From Gammaproteobacteria bacterium (lineage in GTDB: Bacteria; Pseudomonadota; Gammaproteobacteria; Ga0077536): a stretch of 64,000 bases of DNA. Positions 60,642-64,000 of this stretch are shown one piece after another. Each line of letters begins with the position of its first letter. The stretch's first letter is position 1. The stretch covers positions 1,504,001 to 1,568,000 of the forward strand of contig CAXXLL010000003.1 in NCBI GenBank assembly GCA_963662545.2, written 5' to 3'. Under the pieces are notes generated by a model. It ran no database searches. It saw only the letters and a program-made list of their open reading frames with translations, and was not told where the DNA came from. The position numbers and the translations under genes are program-made.

Positions 60642-62843
60642 TTACAAGGTGTCTTGAGGGTCAATATCCAGTGACCAGCGAACACGTGCTTGACGGGCGA
60701 GATCCTCTAGCCGTTCCAGGTGATCGGAAATTAGCTCGCCAGTATGCGAGCGCTTCGATGCACGGATCACCACCAGCGCCCGATACTTTCCCGCTCTACG
60801 TTCCATCAGCGCCGGAATGGGGTAGCTTACCTCGACCCGAGCTACCGCATGCTCTACCAACAGACCGCGTGCCTGTCGCAGGAAATCCAACGCACCCGTG
60901 GGTTTCGCCGATTCCGCCCTGATAATTACCATCGCTGAATAAGGCGGTAGACCGGCTTGCTTGCGCTCCCTCAGGGCGGCCTCTGCATAAGCATTGTAGC
61001 CATCGTCAATGATTTTCCGCAGCACCGGGTGATGCGGATGATGGGTCTGAATCAGGACGCGCCCCTGAGTCTGGGTACGGCCCGCGCGCCCAGCAACCTG
61101 CAACAGAAGCTGGGCGAGTCGCTCGTCGGCTCGAAAGTCGACCGAATACAGCCGGCTGTCTGCATCGACTACTCCAACCAAAGTAACGCCCTCGAAATCC
61201 AGCCCCTTGGCCACCATCTGCGTTCCGATCAGGATATCCACTTCCCCTCCCGCGACGGCTGTGATGACTTCCTCGTAATAACCTTGGCGCCTGACCGAGT
61301 CCCGGTCCAGGCGGCGCACCCGTTTATCTGGAAACAATTCGGTGATCGCCTCCTCGATTCTTTCAGTCCCAAGACCGATCTGCGCAATATTAGCTTCTTC
61401 GCAACAGCGAGCCCGGCGGTTCACGTGCCATTGCCGGTCGCAATGATGACACCGCGTCACTCCGAGCGCCTTGTGGAATACGACATAAGCGTCACACTGA
61501 TCGCATCGTTGAGGTTCTCCGCAATTACGGCAGATCAAAAGGGGCGAGTAGCCGCGACGGTTGAGAAATAACAGGGCTTGTTCGCCGCGATCTAGGTGCG
61601 TGCGTATCGCATCGATCAATGCGTCGCTAAGCCCTGCGGTGAGCTCTAATCCCCTGACGTCGACACAGCTTATGAGCGGCATGGGAATATCCCGCGGCCG
61701 GGATGATATGACCGCTCTCGCATACTTACCTCGTTCCACATTGGCCAAGGATTCCAGTGATGGCGTCGCCGATCCGAGGACTACCGGAAATCCTCCCTGC
61801 TGGGCACGCACCGTCGCGATATCGCGCGCCGAATAGCGGAATCCTTCCTGCTGCTTGTAGGATTGATCGTGCTCTTCGTCGACTACCACGAGTGCTAGAT
61901 CGGGCATAGGCACCCATACCGCCGATCGTGTACCGATGAGGACCCGGACCTCGCGGTGCATGCAAAGCACCCATGTCGAAGCGCGTTCGAGATCCGTCAA
62001 GCCCGAATGTATGACGCCGACGCGGTCGCCGAAGCGCGCTTGAAAGCGCTCGACGAGCTGTTTCGTCAAGCCGATTTCCGGGACCAGAACAAGTGACTGA
62101 CCTCCTCTGTCCAGGCAACATTCGACCGCCGCAAGATATACCTCGGTCTTGCCGCTGCCTGTAACGCCCTGCAGAACGATGGCCTTAAATGCCGAAAAAC
62201 TCTCGATGATCATTTGGGCCGCATTATTCTGCTCTTTGGTGAGGACGACCCCGGGCTCGACGGGAGCATTCGGAACCGGCGCGGTGTCGCAATCGATCTG
62301 TTCGATCCAAGCTTTGGCAACCAAGCGCTTGATGACCGGCCGCCATGCGAACTCGAGGCTCGCAAGTGCCTTGGGCGCGAACGGGCCTGAACCCAGCAAC
62401 CGCAATACCTCTTTCTGCCGCCCGGCGTTGCGGCCCAGGGCGGCTAGCCCCTGTTTTCCGCTGGCAGTAATCTGCCAGGCGTGAGGTTTGACGGGTGGTA
62501 GTGAGCGACGGCGACGCAAGCGGGTCGGCAACATCGTAGCGATCACTTCGCCCAGCGGGTGATGGTAGTAGCGCGCCGCCCAGCGTGCGAGCTTGAGATT
62601 CTCACCGTCGAGTAGCGGATGATCGTCCAGTAATTCGACGAGCGCCTTGAGCTTTTCTTGCGCAACCTCGCTCGAAGATTTGCGATCGAGCACGACGCCA
62701 ACGCGTGTAGAGCGGCCAAAGGGCACTAGAACGCGCGTACCGATTAGATTGTCGACCGATTGAAATTTTTTCGGCAACCGGTAGTCGAAAGTCTGTCGCA
62801 ATGGGGCGAATACAGCGACGACGACGACCGAACGACCGGACAT
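60642..62843 (-). CDS. priA: Primosomal protein N' (replication restart helicase)
   Basis: GVTGSGKTEVY, DEEH, GSATPS, LNRRGY, Cys-rich region, QVAGRAGR, LDIDP. Confidence 0.96.
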   Translation of the reverse strand: MSGRSVVVVAVFAPLRQTFDYRLPKKFQSVDNLIGTRVLVPFGRSTRVGVVLDRKSSSEVAQEKLKALVELLDDHPLLDGENLKLARWAARYYHHPLGEVIATMLPTRLRRRRSLPPVKPHAWQITASGKQGLAALGRNAGRQKEVLRLLGSGPFAPKALASLEFAWRPVIKRLVAKAWIEQIDCDTAPVPNAPVEPGVVLTKEQNNAAQMIIESFSAFKAIVLQGVTGSGKTEVYLAAVECCLDRGGQSLVLVPEIGLTKQLVERFQARFGDRVGVIHSGLTDLERASTWVLCMHREVRVLIGTRSAVWVPMPDLALVVVDEEHDQSYKQQEGFRYSARDIATVRAQQGGFPVVLGSATPSLESLANVERGKYARAVISSRPRDIPMPLISCVDVRGLELTAGLSDALIDAIRTHLDRGEQALLFLNRRGYSPLLICRNCGEPQRCDQCDAYVVFHKALGVTRCHHCDRQWHVNRRARCCEEANIAQIGLGTERIEEAITELFPDKRVRRLDRDSVRRQGYYEEVITAVAGGEVDILIGTQMVAKGLDFEGVTLVGVVDADSRLYSVDFRADERLAQLLLQVAGRAGRTQTQGRVLIQTHHPHHPVLRKIIDDGYNAYAEAALRERKQAGLPPYSAMVIIRAESAKPTGALDFLRQARGLLVEHAVARVEVSYPIPALMERRAGKYRALVVIRASKRSHTGELISDHLERLEDLARQARVRWSLDIDPQDTL

Positions 62844-63017
62844 GTCAGTGGGGTCCGGTCCGCAACCGAGGTGGTGTCGCCCGTTCGCGCCACGAGTCCA
62901 TGTCAATGCCGTATAAGTGAACGAAACGGACGGGCGACATGAAAAGTATCAACACACTGCCGACCCACCGACGAAAGACAATGGGAACGTTCTTTTTTAC
63001 CCCGCACGCTTATCGAA

Positions 63018-63677
63018 TCACGGCATTTTGGTATGGGTAACGGAGAGCCATACGGAATTGAATACCCGGCCTGAGCTGATCAGACGGGCAACCGCCGTAA
63101 TCGCAGCTCGCTGCATTGGCCGGCCGTCGATTGGACTCAAGGGATGTCGCATAGCACCTTCCGTTGGAAACACGGCCAGCTCGAATTGCTGTCCCGCGAT
63201 AATCAAGTTGAACACCGGCACGGATTGCATCGCGGTCGAACGGCCGAATCGAAATCGGGCTTCGATAATTTCGTAGGCGAGTCGCCGCTCAATAAGGTAG
63301 CGCGTCACGGCTTCGAGTTCAGGACTGAACAAATGAAGATGGATCGCCGAATGATCGCAGGCCGTTCCATATAACACGGGCCCGGTCAGCCGCGGCTCGA
63401 AAATTTCGAGAAACTCCATCGCCTCGAGGGCTGCTTCGCGCAGGAGCAGTACCCGAGTTTCATGCGTGTCACCGTAAAAAAGCGTTAGATGCTCGGCAAG
63501 CGCGTTGTGTAATTCGAGATTATCCGGAAGATTGTGGCTGTTCTCCGCACCGAGTTCTCGCGCCGCTTTACGCTTTGCGCCTTCGAAACCGCCAGCGGTC
63601 CCGTCCGCGATCATTCTCGCCGCCGTCGCCGCAATTTCGGCACGGACATTTTTCGACTGCTGTCGTTTCTGCGCCAT
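63018..63677 (-). CDS. Conserved hypothetical protein (nucleotidyltransferase-like)
   Basis: AKRKAA, LPDN, FEPRLTGPVLYGTA, IHLHLF. Confidence 0.75.
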   Translation of the reverse strand: MAQKRQQSKNVRAEIAATAARMIADGTAGGFEGAKRKAARELGAENSHNLPDNLELHNALAEHLTLFYGDTHETRVLLLREAALEAMEFLEIFEPRLTGPVLYGTACDHSAIHLHLFSPELEAVTRYLIERRLAYEIIEARFRFGRSTAMQSVPVFNLIIAGQQFELAVFPTEGAMRHPLSPIDGRPMQRAAITAVARLISSGRVFNSVWLSVTHTKMP

Positions 63678-63750
63678 TGTAATTCGCTGGTGTACAGCGA
63701 TCGTGACTTCGGTTATGTCCGAACCCCGTGTCCACCATCGGGATTATTAG

Positions 63751-63911
63751 GGAACCTCTGAATAAGTCATGGCACCTCTGCCTTGCTTTTGAAATCGCGG
63801 AGCCTAACGTGACGAACCTTAGCCCTAGTCCCGCTATGGCCTGCGATTCGTGCCTCGATCTGCACCATTGCATGAACCATTCAGACCCACCATGACTTAT
63901 TCAGAGATTCC
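63751..63911 (-). repeat. MITE-like repeat family A (161 bp, inverted)
   Basis: TTAG|GGAACCTCTGAATAAGTCATGG...CCATGACTTATTCAGAGATTCC|TTAG; interior is the reverse complement of the other A copies. Confidence 0.9.
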
Positions 63912-64000
63912 TTAGAATAGTTGTTCGGGAATGATGTCCCGCTTCTCCGGCGAAAAGCCTGAATCGAGGCTATCGCCTCGCGGTGGTAGGTATCCCGGAC
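63912..64000 (-). CDS. 3' end of a gene entering from the right edge, possibly penicillin-binding protein 1A
   Basis: Frame reads PGYLPPRGDSLDSGFSPEKRDIIPEQLF*. The -ExLF/-QLF tail recalls PBP1A C-termini, but only 28 codons are visible. Confidence 0.4.
   Translation of the reverse strand, partial: PGYLPPRGDSLDSGFSPEKRDIIPEQLF

Noticed and set aside
42128-63911. Palindromic ~160-bp repeats as attC sites or CRISPR repeats
   Set aside because: They lack RYYYAAC/GTTRRRY ends and regular spacers, have TIRs with target duplications, and are dispersed; no cas genes are present.

Overview
GC-rich chromosomal window, most consistent with a Gammaproteobacterium. Left to right: an MSHA/type IV pilus-like cluster whose secretin is split by an IS256 element; metF and tkt-gap-pgk-pyk; a damaged integron (intact-looking IntI, an IS4 element inserted in attI, two cassettes including an HNH-like nuclease, and an array cut off by an IS481-like end and an ISL3 element); glnD; an accessory block (amidohydrolase, LolA-like/MMPL pair, divergent GcvPA/GcvPB plus ATP-NAD kinase, esterase pseudogene, DLH, MAPEG, SnoaL-like, P450); dps and an RND pump; a three-gene MNIO (DUF692)/DUF2063 RiPP operon with an atypical secreted precursor; a small secreted six-Cys repeat peptide; then housekeeping genes (trmB, thiG, thiS, tRNA-Gly, argS, priA). 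Three families of ~160-bp MITE-like repeats sit mostly on stop codons. The strongest candidates for something undescribed are the MNIO precursor, the IS-occupied attI, the active-site-altered GcvP/kinase module and the six-Cys peptide. All product calls come from motif recognition by eye; no searches were run.
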